From Flavobacteriaceae bacterium (GTDB lineage: Bacteria; Bacteroidota; Bacteroidia; Flavobacteriales; Flavobacteriaceae): a stretch of DNA of 64,000 nucleotides. Each line of letters starts with the position of its first letter. The stretch's first letter is position 1. Of this stretch, positions 38,240 through 47,354 are shown piece after piece. Below the pieces are notes generated by a model, which had not been told where the DNA came from, did not search any database, and saw only the letters and a program-made list of their open reading frames with translations. A program made the translations under genes and the position numbers. The stretch is from NCBI GenBank assembly GCA_009827225.1, contig WUAI01000012.1, positions 488-64,487 of the forward strand, given 5' to 3'.

Positions 38240-41056
38240 TTGAAGAAGTATTGCATTGGCCTGGTATTACTATTATGCGCCTCCCTTTCGGGTTGGGCGC
38301 AGCATGATATTATTATCAATGCTGAATTAAGTCCAGGTGAAGATATACTTCGTATTTCCCAGGAAATAACGTATATGAATACTTCCGAAGAAACACTTGA
38401 TCATATATTTCTAAATGATTGGGCGAATAGCTTTTCATCCAAGAACACTCCCCTTGCACAACGCTTTGCTGAAAATTTTAAAAGTGGATTTCATTTCGAG
38501 AAGGATTATCGTCGGGGAAGAACCGACATTTTTGACATTACCGATGCCGCAGGAAATCCGATTCCCTGGGAACGTGGTGATGAACTCGATATTATCCGTT
38601 TGAATTTGAAAGAACCATTGGACGAAGGGTCATCCACGAAAATTTCATTGAATTATGCAGTAAAGTTACCGGAAACAAAATTCACTCGTTTCGGGGTCGA
38701 TAAAAACAAGGAGTACAAGTTAAAATATTGGTACATCACCCCTTCCGTGTACGACGGTACCTGGTACACCTATAGCCACAAGAATACCGACGATTTTTAT
38801 CAACTCCCCAACGACTTCTCAATTACGCTTAAAACTCCAGTTGATTACAAGGCATTTACCGACCTCAATATAACATCGGAAGCGACCGCTGATAATTCCA
38901 AAATCTTCGTCATGCGAGGTGAAAAACGTCTGAATGCCGGTATTTATTTGGAAAAGATTCCAAGCTTTCAAAGTGTAGTGACAGACAGGCTTGAAGTAAT
39001 CACAAATCTCAAAGATAGAAAGGTAACCCCGGCCGTTAAGGCTCTTCTGGTAGATAGAATTACTGGGTTTCTGGATGAAAAATTAGGGGATTATCCCTTT
39101 GAAAAGATCGTGATCAGTGAGGCAGATTATCGCAACAGTCCGGTGTATGGTTTAAATCAGTTACCCGATTTTATCAGTCCGTTTCCCAATGGTTTCGAAT
39201 TGGATATCGAGTTGCTTAAAACGACGACCCGGAAATACCTGGTGAATTCGCTTCCTTTAAATCCGAGAAAAGATCATTGGCTGCTGGGTGCTATTCAGAT
39301 TCATCTGATGATCGAATATGTGAACACCTTTTATCCGGATATGAAGATCATGGGAGAGTTTAGCGATTATTTGATCATTAGATGGTCGCATGCATCTGAA
39401 ATGGAATTTAACGATCAGTATCCATTTCTTTATCTGAACATGGCTCGGCGCAATCTCCACCAATCACTGGTAACATCCAGGGATTCTTTGGTGAAATTCA
39501 ATAAAAATATAGCCAGTGACTACCAGGCTGGTAATGGTTTTACTTACTTAAATGATTACCTCGGAAATGATATACTCAATGAAACCATTAAAGAGTTTTA
39601 TTCGGACAGTAAACTAACATACACCAACCCTTCTCAATTTGAATCATTGCTTAGGGAGAATACTGATTTGCCTGTAGACTGGTTTTTTGACAGTTACGTT
39701 TCAGAAAGAAATACAATCGATTTTAAGATCAAGAAGGTGAAAAAGCTTGAAGATAGTCTGGAGGTAACCGTAATCAATAAAAAAGAATATGCAATGCCGG
39801 TGTCGATCTATGGACTCAAAAAAGATTCCGTGGTATTCAAAAAATGGTTGGATCCGGTAGCCGATGAGATGGTCGTAAGAGTTCCGAGGGAAGAAGTGCG
39901 AAAATTGGTATTGAATTACGAGGCTGTGATCCCGGAAATCGATCAAAGAAACAATACGCGAAAAGTAAAAGGACTACTCAATCGCCCAATTCAATTTCGT
40001 GTGTTCAAAGATATTGAAGACCCTGCTTACAACCAGGTGTTCTTTATGCCGGTGTTTCAGTACAACCTCTACGACGGGTTTAGCGCCGGACCTAAAATCT
40101 ATAATAAAACCTTCCTGCCTAAAGGACTGCATTACCGGCTCGAACCTTTGTATGGATCGCGGTCTAATACACTTATCGGGAAAGGTGCTATTGTTTATAA
40201 AAGCAGGCTGGACGATAAGAATCTTTATTTCGTTAGGGCCGGATTGGCCGGAAGTACGTTTTCCTATAATGAAGGATTATTTTACAGGCGCCTCTCCCCT
40301 TACCTCACGTTTGCCTACCGCGATAATAATGATCTTCGGAAGAACGAAAAGCATTTCATCAATTTCAGAAATGTAAACGTATTTCGGGACGAAGACCCGA
40401 ACGATCCTACTCAGGATCCGAACTACAGCGTCTTCAATATGCAGTATGTGTATTCAGATAACAACCTGATCAATTTCTACCGGGGGGTGTTCGATTATCA
40501 ATTGTCAAACGATTTTAGCAAAGTATCGGCACAATTCGAGTATCGTAAATTATTTCTGAATAATCGCCAGATCAACCTCCGTTTTTATACGGGGATCTTT
40601 GTATTTAACAAAACTCGCGATAATGGGGACTTTTTCAGCTTTGCCATAGATCGTCCTACCGATTACCTCTTCGATTACAATTACTACGGAAGAAGTGAAG
40701 ACACCGGGTTGTTCAGTCAGCAGTTTATCCTGGCCGAAGGAGGATTCAAATCCCAATTGGAACCTGCCTTTGCCAACGAGTGGATAGCCACCATCAATGC
40801 CAGCACGAATATCTGGAAATGGATCTACGCCTATGGCGATATCGGCCTGGCAAAGAACAAGGGGGTGGAAGCAAAAGCACTTTGGGACACAGGAATCAGG
40901 GCTAGTTTGGTTGCCGATTATTTTGAGCTTTACTTCCCATTATATTCCAACCTGGGCTTTGAGCCGGGACTGGATGATTATGACCAGCGAATCCGGTTTA
41001 TTGTCACCCTCGATTTGAAAACACTTTTCAGTCTTTTTACCAGGGAATGGTATTAA
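38240..41056 (+). CDS. Large secreted/outer-membrane protein: M1-peptidase-like N-terminal region without HExxH, beta-rich aromatic C-terminus
   Basis: 938 aa with signal peptide LLLCASLSGWAQ. The TTG start follows the previous stop immediately. I saw no HExxH. The protein ends ...FTREWY. Confidence 0.4.
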   Translation: MKKYCIGLVLLLCASLSGWAQHDIIINAELSPGEDILRISQEITYMNTSEETLDHIFLNDWANSFSSKNTPLAQRFAENFKSGFHFEKDYRRGRTDIFDITDAAGNPIPWERGDELDIIRLNLKEPLDEGSSTKISLNYAVKLPETKFTRFGVDKNKEYKLKYWYITPSVYDGTWYTYSHKNTDDFYQLPNDFSITLKTPVDYKAFTDLNITSEATADNSKIFVMRGEKRLNAGIYLEKIPSFQSVVTDRLEVITNLKDRKVTPAVKALLVDRITGFLDEKLGDYPFEKIVISEADYRNSPVYGLNQLPDFISPFPNGFELDIELLKTTTRKYLVNSLPLNPRKDHWLLGAIQIHLMIEYVNTFYPDMKIMGEFSDYLIIRWSHASEMEFNDQYPFLYLNMARRNLHQSLVTSRDSLVKFNKNIASDYQAGNGFTYLNDYLGNDILNETIKEFYSDSKLTYTNPSQFESLLRENTDLPVDWFFDSYVSERNTIDFKIKKVKKLEDSLEVTVINKKEYAMPVSIYGLKKDSVVFKKWLDPVADEMVVRVPREEVRKLVLNYEAVIPEIDQRNNTRKVKGLLNRPIQFRVFKDIEDPAYNQVFFMPVFQYNLYDGFSAGPKIYNKTFLPKGLHYRLEPLYGSRSNTLIGKGAIVYKSRLDDKNLYFVRAGLAGSTFSYNEGLFYRRLSPYLTFAYRDNNDLRKNEKHFINFRNVNVFRDEDPNDPTQDPNYSVFNMQYVYSDNNLINFYRGVFDYQLSNDFSKVSAQFEYRKLFLNNRQINLRFYTGIFVFNKTRDNGDFFSFAIDRPTDYLFDYNYYGRSEDTGLFSQQFILAEGGFKSQLEPAFANEWIATINASTNIWKWIYAYGDIGLAKNKGVEAKALWDTGIRASLVADYFELYFPLYSNLGFEPGLDDYDQRIRFIVTLDLKTLFSLFTREWY

Positions 41057-41153
41057 GGAGTTCTTCGGAAAGATTTTGGATTATTAATATTTCTTCTATT
41101 TTAGTGCCGCTTTTAGCGACTTAACCTATTAATAACCTAAATCTATTACTACC

Positions 41154-41624
41154 ATGGGAATTTTTAAAAAATTCAAGGATAAACTGGGTATTGGCGGTGT
41201 CAAAGTGGAACTGAAAATACCTGGACAAATCGAAAAACAAAGTGGAATGATCAATGGAACTGTGATCTTAACCACTAAAAGCGATCAGGAAATAAAAGAT
41301 ATAACCGTTCAGTTAATCGAAGAGTTTTCTACCGGGAGAGGCGATGATAAGGAAGAAAAAGAATTCGAACTGGGCGAAATTAAAATACCCGCAGGTTTTT
41401 CCATAACTACTGGAGAAACCAAAGAAATCGAATTTTCATTACCCTTTCAGTTGGTAAATTCCAATGCTGATGACCTCAAAGAAATGGGAGGCGCCCTGGG
41501 AACCCTGGGTAAACTTGGAAAATTCGCCAACAATGAAAAATCCAGTTTTTTTGTGGATGCCGAGGCAGACGTGGTAAGTGCTGCGCTAGATCCTTCCGAC
41601 AAAAAGGAAATAAAACTCGTCTAA
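41154..41624 (+). CDS. Spo0M-like (arrestin-fold) protein, short form
   Basis: N-terminus MGIFKKFKDKLGIGGVKVELKIPGQIEKQSGMINGTVIL resembles the Spo0M family. Confidence 0.55.
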   Translation: MGIFKKFKDKLGIGGVKVELKIPGQIEKQSGMINGTVILTTKSDQEIKDITVQLIEEFSTGRGDDKEEKEFELGEIKIPAGFSITTGETKEIEFSLPFQLVNSNADDLKEMGGALGTLGKLGKFANNEKSSFFVDAEADVVSAALDPSDKKEIKLV

Positions 41625-41642
41625 CTTTCCAAACTCAATCAA

Positions 41643-42518
41643 ATGGTTCAATTATGCAAGCGAATTGCTGATTCCAAGTGGTTTCAGAATTCGATCACTA
41701 TCGTTATTCTTATTGCAGGGGTACTGGTGGGTATCGCCACCTATCCCGATTTTTCAGATAAATACCATTCCATCCTCGAAATTGCGAATCGCGTAGTCCT
41801 GTGGATATTCGTAGCGGAGGTAGTTATTAAAATGGTGGCAGAAGGAAATAAACCCTGGCGCTATTTCTATGATGGTTGGAATGTTTTCGATTTCATTATC
41901 GTAGCAGCGGCCTTCCTACCCTTTGGTGGTAGTTCGGTAGCTATATTACGTTTACTGCGTTTGTTAAGGGTTCTGAAACTGGTAAAAGCTCTGCCAAAGC
42001 TTCAACTGCTGGTGAGTGCTCTACTAAAAAGTATACCTTCCATGGGATACGTTTCTATCCTATTATTGCTGTTGTTTTACATTTATGCCGTGGCAGCGGT
42101 ATTCTTCTTCGGGGCCAACGACCCGTTGCATTTTGAAAATCTGCAGATGTCCATGCTTTCCCTTTTTAGGGTAGTAACCCTTGAAGACTGGACCGATGTT
42201 ATGTATATCAATATGTACGGTTGTGAAAACTACGGTTATGATGGTAATATGGATCTTTGTACCAATTCCAGTGCCAGTCCGATAGGAGCAGCAATTTTCT
42301 TTGTGTCTTTCGTTCTATTCGGAACCATGATCATTCTCAATCTTTTCATCGGTGTAATTATGAATGGTATGGACGAAGCAAGGGACGAAGCCATCGAAGA
42401 AGAGATCATTGCTCCGGAAGATGTACAATCCAACCTTTCCGAACTGGAAGAAAAACTTTTAGAAGTTCAGCAACTGGTATTGCGTTTAAAGCATCCCGGG
42501 ATCGCAGCTGAAGAGTAA
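41643..42518 (+). CDS. Bacterial voltage-gated cation channel (BacNaV/NaChBac family)
   Basis: S4 segment ILRLLRLLRVLKLVKALPK, pore FRVVTLEDWTDVMY, six-TM layout and a C-terminal coiled-coil tail. Confidence 0.85.
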   Translation: MVQLCKRIADSKWFQNSITIVILIAGVLVGIATYPDFSDKYHSILEIANRVVLWIFVAEVVIKMVAEGNKPWRYFYDGWNVFDFIIVAAAFLPFGGSSVAILRLLRLLRVLKLVKALPKLQLLVSALLKSIPSMGYVSILLLLLFYIYAVAAVFFFGANDPLHFENLQMSMLSLFRVVTLEDWTDVMYINMYGCENYGYDGNMDLCTNSSASPIGAAIFFVSFVLFGTMIILNLFIGVIMNGMDEARDEAIEEEIIAPEDVQSNLSELEEKLLEVQQLVLRLKHPGIAAEE

Positions 42519-42543
42519 CTCACAGAAGGAATTAGAAATTGAG

Positions 42544-42575
42544 TCCGCTTTTCAACCCGAAAGGCGGATTTTTTT
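42544..42575 (+). terminator. Rho-independent terminator after the channel gene
   Basis: Stem 42544-42552 / 42560-42568 (TCCGCTTTT ... AAAGGCGGA, one G.U pair), 7-nt loop, then a T7 run at 42569-42575. Confidence 0.6.
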
Positions 42576-42603
42576 ATTGCTGAAATTCGAATACCTTTAA
42601 AAG

Positions 42604-42828
42604 GTGAATATTTTCAAAAATTTTCAAGTCCTTATTCTCCTTGCCCTGATACTCGGTCTTGCACCCTTTTATCCGGAGCCGCACCTTTGGGGTAAAATCA
42701 AATGGATCTGGGGTGGTGCCGAAGGAATGACCGCCTTTGACTGGTTCGATTTCGCCTTTCATAGCTTGCCATTTTTATTGCTGATTCGACTTATCGTTAT
42801 GAAATATTTAATAAATCGTGAAAAATAA
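42604..42828 (+). CDS. Small hypothetical membrane protein
   Basis: 74-aa ORF with a GTG start and two hydrophobic helices. It lies between a terminator and a promoter-like box. Confidence 0.35.
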   Translation: MNIFKNFQVLILLALILGLAPFYPEPHLWGKIKWIWGGAEGMTAFDWFDFAFHSLPFLLLIRLIVMKYLINREK

Positions 42829-42895
42829 CACAATTTGTTGATAATTTTTCAATGTTTTAACAGGGTGAGGGATTGCAAAATCGCCTTGTTTTAGC

Positions 42896-42903
42896 TACTT
42901 TTG
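42896..42903 (+). promoter_or_regulatory. Candidate -7 box TACTTTTG
   Basis: Matches TAnnTTTG and lies 20 nt upstream of the ATG at 42924. A TTG sits about 20 nt further upstream (42873-42875). Confidence 0.35.
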
Positions 42904-42923
42904 CAGGGTCAATTCATCCTTCT

Positions 42924-45338
42924 ATGCAAACAAACCCACAGGCTAACAGCGACTTATCTTTTGAAGATTTTAAAGCAGAGGTAATCAACGATTACCGAAT
43001 TGCGGTGACGAGCCGTGAATGTAGTCTGCTGGGTCGACGCGAGGTCCTGACAGGGAAAGCGAAGTTTGGGATTTTCGGCGACGGAAAAGAAGTCCCGCAA
43101 TTAGCATGGGCAAAAGCCTTCAGAAATGGAGACTGGCGTAGTGGTTATTACCGGGATCAGACCTTTATGATGGCCATTGGTGAGCTTACGATCGAGCAAT
43201 TCTTTGCCGGACTTTATGCTCATACAGATATAAAAGCGGATCCCATGAGTGCCGGAAGGCAAATGGGAGGTCATTTTGGAACCCACAGTTTAAACGAAGA
43301 CGGTTCCTGGAAGAATTTAATGGCGCAAAAGAACAGTAGTGCCGACATCTCCCCTACTGCCGGACAAATGCCACGTCTCCTGGGATTGGCACAAGCTTCT
43401 AAAATTTTTCGTCATGTTGAAGAATTGAAAGGTCATACTCAATTTTCCAACAAGGGAAATGAAGTGGCCTGGGGAACCATCGGGAATGCCAGTACCAGTG
43501 AAGGGTTGTTTTGGGAAACCATCAATGCTGCCGGCGTGCTACAGGTTCCAATGGTAATGTGTATATGGGATGATGAATATGGAATTTCCGTTCATGCGAA
43601 ACATCAAACCACCAAAGAGAATATTTCAGAAATTCTTAGCGGGTTCCAAAGAAATGAGGAAGACGAAGGCTACGAAATTAAAGTAGTAAACGGATGGGAT
43701 TATGCCGAATTGGTACAGGTGTTTCAGGAAGCCGGTCATATTGCTCGTGAAGAACATGTTCCTTTATTGATCCATGTGAAAGAATTAACACAGCCACAAG
43801 GACATTCTACCAGCGGTTCCCACGAAAGATATAAAGATGCCGAACGTTTGGAATGGGAAAGATCGCACGACTGTAATCTTAAAATGCGACAATGGATGAT
43901 CGCAAATAACATTGCAGATGATGAAGAGCTTACGACAATTGAAAAGTCTATAAAGAAAGAGGTTCGTGAGGGCAAGAAGCGAGCCTGGGAAGCCTATCTT
44001 GCTCCACATCGCCAGGAACAAAAAGAAGCGATTACATTGCTCGGGAATCTGGCTGAGAATAGTCCGAATGGAACATTCATTAATAAGATAAAGTCGGAAC
44101 TAACTGAAAACACAGAACCGCTTAGAAGTGATGTCATTTCATTGGTTAGGAAAGCATTGCGCTATGTCGTTACGGAAAATACTTCGGAAAAGCGACAACT
44201 TCAGGATTGGGTGAATAACTTCTTCGAAATCGTTCAGCCCAAGTATAGTTCACATTTGTATTCAGAAGCAAGTAACAAGGCGACGACCATTTCAGAAATA
44301 AAAGCACAATACGATGAAGATGCACCTATGGTGGACGGACGGATTGTGTTACGGGATAATTTTGAATCCATTTTTGCCAACCGGCCGGATACCCTCGTAT
44401 TTGGAGAAGACAGTGGTGCCATTGGCGATGTGAACCAGGGCTTGGAAGGGCTTCAGGAGAAGTTTGGAGAATTAAGGGTTAGTGATACCGGTATTCGGGA
44501 AGCTACCATCTTAGGACAGGGAATCGGAATGGCCATGAGAGGCCTGCGACCTATCGCTGAAATACAATACCTCGATTATATCTTATACGCTTTACAGATC
44601 ATGAGTGATGATCTGGCGACCGTTCGCTACCGTACGAATGGTTTGCAAAAAGCTCCGCTTATCGTGAGGACTCGTGGTCATCGATTAGAAGGAATTTGGC
44701 ATAGTGGCTCCCAAATGGCAGCTTTAATCCATTTGCTACGCGGAATGTACATCTTGGTACCCAGGGATATGACAAAGGCAGCAGGTTTTTACAATACGCT
44801 GCTGGAAAGTGATGAACCAGCCGTTATTGTAGAATGCCTGAACGGATATCGATTAAAGGAAAAGTTACCCTCCAACCTTGGAGAACTTAGAACTCCGATC
44901 GGGGTGGTCGAAACGGTTAAAGAAGGTACTGATATTACTTTGGTGTCCTACGGAAGTACTCTTCGAATTGTACAACAGGCGGCCAAAGAATTGGCACAGG
45001 TAGGCGTTGATGCCGAAGTAATTGACGTACAAAGCCTCCTACCGCTGGATATCAACCACGACCTGGTAAAAAGTTTGCAGAAAACCAATCGTATCCTGGT
45101 GGTGGACGAAGACATGCCTGGAGGAACCGCAGCTTACATTCTTTCAAAAGTATTGGATACCCAAAATGGATACCAGTACCTGGACAGCAAACCGCAAACA
45201 TTGACGGCCCAATCGCATCGTCCTGCTTACGGAACTGATGGAGATTATTTTTCAAAACCTTCTGTGGAAGACGTTTTCGAGAAGGTCTATGAAATGATGC
45301 ATGAGTCAAATCCCACTGATTTTCCGCAATTGCGATAA
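42924..45338 (+). CDS. Fused alpha/beta E1 component of a 2-oxoacid dehydrogenase (TPP-dependent)
   Basis: The N-terminal half resembles E1-alpha (GNASTSEGLFWETINAAG). The C-terminal half resembles E1-beta/transketolase (GEDSGAIGDVNQG, TGIREATILGQGIGMAMRG). Confidence 0.85.
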   Translation: MQTNPQANSDLSFEDFKAEVINDYRIAVTSRECSLLGRREVLTGKAKFGIFGDGKEVPQLAWAKAFRNGDWRSGYYRDQTFMMAIGELTIEQFFAGLYAHTDIKADPMSAGRQMGGHFGTHSLNEDGSWKNLMAQKNSSADISPTAGQMPRLLGLAQASKIFRHVEELKGHTQFSNKGNEVAWGTIGNASTSEGLFWETINAAGVLQVPMVMCIWDDEYGISVHAKHQTTKENISEILSGFQRNEEDEGYEIKVVNGWDYAELVQVFQEAGHIAREEHVPLLIHVKELTQPQGHSTSGSHERYKDAERLEWERSHDCNLKMRQWMIANNIADDEELTTIEKSIKKEVREGKKRAWEAYLAPHRQEQKEAITLLGNLAENSPNGTFINKIKSELTENTEPLRSDVISLVRKALRYVVTENTSEKRQLQDWVNNFFEIVQPKYSSHLYSEASNKATTISEIKAQYDEDAPMVDGRIVLRDNFESIFANRPDTLVFGEDSGAIGDVNQGLEGLQEKFGELRVSDTGIREATILGQGIGMAMRGLRPIAEIQYLDYILYALQIMSDDLATVRYRTNGLQKAPLIVRTRGHRLEGIWHSGSQMAALIHLLRGMYILVPRDMTKAAGFYNTLLESDEPAVIVECLNGYRLKEKLPSNLGELRTPIGVVETVKEGTDITLVSYGSTLRIVQQAAKELAQVGVDAEVIDVQSLLPLDINHDLVKSLQKTNRILVVDEDMPGGTAAYILSKVLDTQNGYQYLDSKPQTLTAQSHRPAYGTDGDYFSKPSVEDVFEKVYEMMHESNPTDFPQLR

Positions 45339-45411
45339 TTTCTAAGGAATTTATTTGGAATCTTTGATTTTTTTACTGAATCTTTATACTCAGTTTTAAT
45401 AAAACAAGTCC

Positions 45412-45462
45412 ATGTTACAGTACAACTTAAATAATAACAATAATAATAACGGAATGCCGTAA
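45412..45462 (+). CDS. Putative Asn-rich leader peptide MLQYNLNNNNNNNGMP
   Basis: ATG TTA CAG TAC AAC TTA AAT AAT AAC AAT AAT AAT AAC GGA ATG CCG TAA. It lies 88 nt upstream of asnB and is followed by antiterminator/terminator helices. Confidence 0.65.
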   Translation: MLQYNLNNNNNNNGMP

Positions 45463-45501
45463 CAAGAACTTGTCGCGATATATGGCCCGTCAGGTTTTTG
45501 T
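45462..45501 (+). promoter_or_regulatory. Candidate antiterminator helix of the asnB leader
   Basis: 45462-45472 ACAAGAACTTG pairs with 45491-45501 CAGGTTTTTGT (11 bp, 2 G.U). It overlaps the terminator left arm at 45491-45495. Confidence 0.5.
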
Positions 45502-45518
45502 ACCTGGCGGGTTTTTTT
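45486..45518 (+). terminator. Intrinsic terminator (attenuator) upstream of asnB
   Basis: CCCGTCAGGT (45486-45495) pairs with ACCTGGCGGG (45502-45511): 10 bp with 1 G.U and a 6-nt loop. A T7 run follows at 45512-45518, 31 nt before the asnB ATG. Confidence 0.7.
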
Positions 45519-45549
45519 ATGAATCAATAATAAACCAAAATCAAAAATT

Positions 45550-47238
45550 ATGTGTGGAATTGTATGTGCCTTCGAACTAAAACAGCCCGCAGAAATCCTG
45601 CGCCCCCAATTATTAACCATGGCGAAATGTATTCGTCACCGAGGCCCCGACTGGAGTGGAATCTATGATCACCCTAAGGCTATCTTAGCCCACGAACGAC
45701 TGGCTATCGTGGATCCTACCTCTGGAAAGCAACCCTTGTATTCCGAAGATAAAAAGCTGATCCTTGCGGCTAATGGTGAAATTTACAATCATATGGAATT
45801 AAGAGCACAATTCGAAGGCAATTACAATTTCCAGACAAAAAGCGATTGTGAAGTGATACTGGCCTTGTACCGTGATAAAGGGGCAGACTTCCTCGATGAT
45901 CTCAATGGTATTTTTGGTTTTGCGATCTATGATGTTGAAAACGATTCTTATTTGATCGCCAGGGACCATATGGGGATCATTCCTCTCTATATGGGTTGGG
46001 ATCAAAACGGAACCTTCTATGTTGCCTCCGAATTGAAAGCTCTGGAGGGAGTATGTACTAAAATAGAATTATTCCCTCCCGGACATTATCTTCATAGTGA
46101 AGACGGAGAAGTGAAACGATGGTACACCCGGGATTGGATGGACTATGAGAATGTAAAGGACAACGAAACTTCCATTGAAGAGTTACACGATGCTTTGGAT
46201 GCTGCTGTTCACAGGCAGTTGATGAGTGATGTGCCATACGGAGTATTGCTTTCCGGCGGACTGGATTCTTCCATCACATCCGCTCTTGCCAAAAAATACG
46301 CCGATAAACGAATCGAGACCGGTGATAAAGAAGGTGCCTGGTGGCCACAACTCCACTCTTTCGCCATTGGTCTGGAAGGATCTCCTGATTTGGCCGCAGC
46401 TCAAAAAGTTGCCGATCATCTGGACACGGTTCATCATGAGATTCATTTTACCATCCAGGAGGGAATCGATGCCATTCGAGACGTAATTTATCATGTGGAA
46501 ACTTATGATATTACCACTATCAGGGCCTCTACCCCAATGTTCTTGCTGGCCAGGGCGATCAAAGCTATGGGAATAAAAATGGTACTCTCCGGCGAAGGCG
46601 CTGACGAGATTTTCGGTGGATACTTGTATTTCCATAAGGCTCCAACCGCCAAAGATTTCCACGAAGAAAATGTTCGTAAACTGGACAAGCTACATATGTA
46701 TGATTGTTTGAGGGCAAACAAATCTCTTGCTTCCTGGGGTATAGAAGGCCGGGTTCCATTTTTGGACAAGGAGTTTATGGATGTCGCTATGCGATTAAAC
46801 CCTAAAGACAAGATGATCATTGCCGGTCAAAGCGATCTAAAAGCCAGACAAGCTATGGAAAAATGGGTCCTTAGAGCTGCCTTCGGCGACTATTTACCTG
46901 AAAGTGTGGCATGGAGACAAAAAGAACAGTTCAGCGATGGTGTGGGATACAGTTGGATTGATACGTTGAAAGAAATGGTGGAACGGGAAGTGAGTGACGA
47001 ACAAATGGCAAATGCCCAGTACCGTTTCCCTATTCAAACGCCCACCAGTAAAGAAGAATTCTTCTACAGGTCAATCTTCGAAGAGCATTTCCCAAGTGAT
47101 GCAGCCGCATTAACGGTTCCTTCCATACCCAGCGTTGCATGCAGCAGTGCCGTAGCCCTGGAATGGGATGAAAGCTTCAAAAACATGAACGATCCCAGCG
47201 GTAGGGCCGTTGCGAATGTACATGAAGACGCATATTAA
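45550..47238 (+). CDS. asnB: Asparagine synthase (glutamine-hydrolysing)
   Basis: N-terminal MCGIV (Ntn Cys), PP-loop SGGLDSS, 562 aa. Confidence 0.95.
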   Translation: MCGIVCAFELKQPAEILRPQLLTMAKCIRHRGPDWSGIYDHPKAILAHERLAIVDPTSGKQPLYSEDKKLILAANGEIYNHMELRAQFEGNYNFQTKSDCEVILALYRDKGADFLDDLNGIFGFAIYDVENDSYLIARDHMGIIPLYMGWDQNGTFYVASELKALEGVCTKIELFPPGHYLHSEDGEVKRWYTRDWMDYENVKDNETSIEELHDALDAAVHRQLMSDVPYGVLLSGGLDSSITSALAKKYADKRIETGDKEGAWWPQLHSFAIGLEGSPDLAAAQKVADHLDTVHHEIHFTIQEGIDAIRDVIYHVETYDITTIRASTPMFLLARAIKAMGIKMVLSGEGADEIFGGYLYFHKAPTAKDFHEENVRKLDKLHMYDCLRANKSLASWGIEGRVPFLDKEFMDVAMRLNPKDKMIIAGQSDLKARQAMEKWVLRAAFGDYLPESVAWRQKEQFSDGVGYSWIDTLKEMVEREVSDEQMANAQYRFPIQTPTSKEEFFYRSIFEEHFPSDAAALTVPSIPSVACSSAVALEWDESFKNMNDPSGRAVANVHEDAY

Positions 47239-47354
47239 AAAGGAGGCACATGTAACTTGGCATTCTCATCTTACTTTATTTTAATTCTAAGTTTAGTTTT
47301 TGTTCTATCTTTAGACGATTTCTTGTTGAACAAAGCGGATTAAAATTGACCGAT

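Noticed and set aside
45358-45385. 8-nt direct repeat GAATCTTT (45358-45365 and 45378-45385) upstream of the Asn leader ORF
   Set aside because: It could mark the leader promoter or a regulator site, but it is too short and AT-rich to support without comparative data. I found no exact TAnnTTTG box for the leader.
45396-45620. 74-aa minus-strand ORF spanning the asnB leader region
   Set aside because: It overlaps the asnB start and the terminator hairpin. The plus-strand leader-peptide/attenuator interpretation explains the region better.
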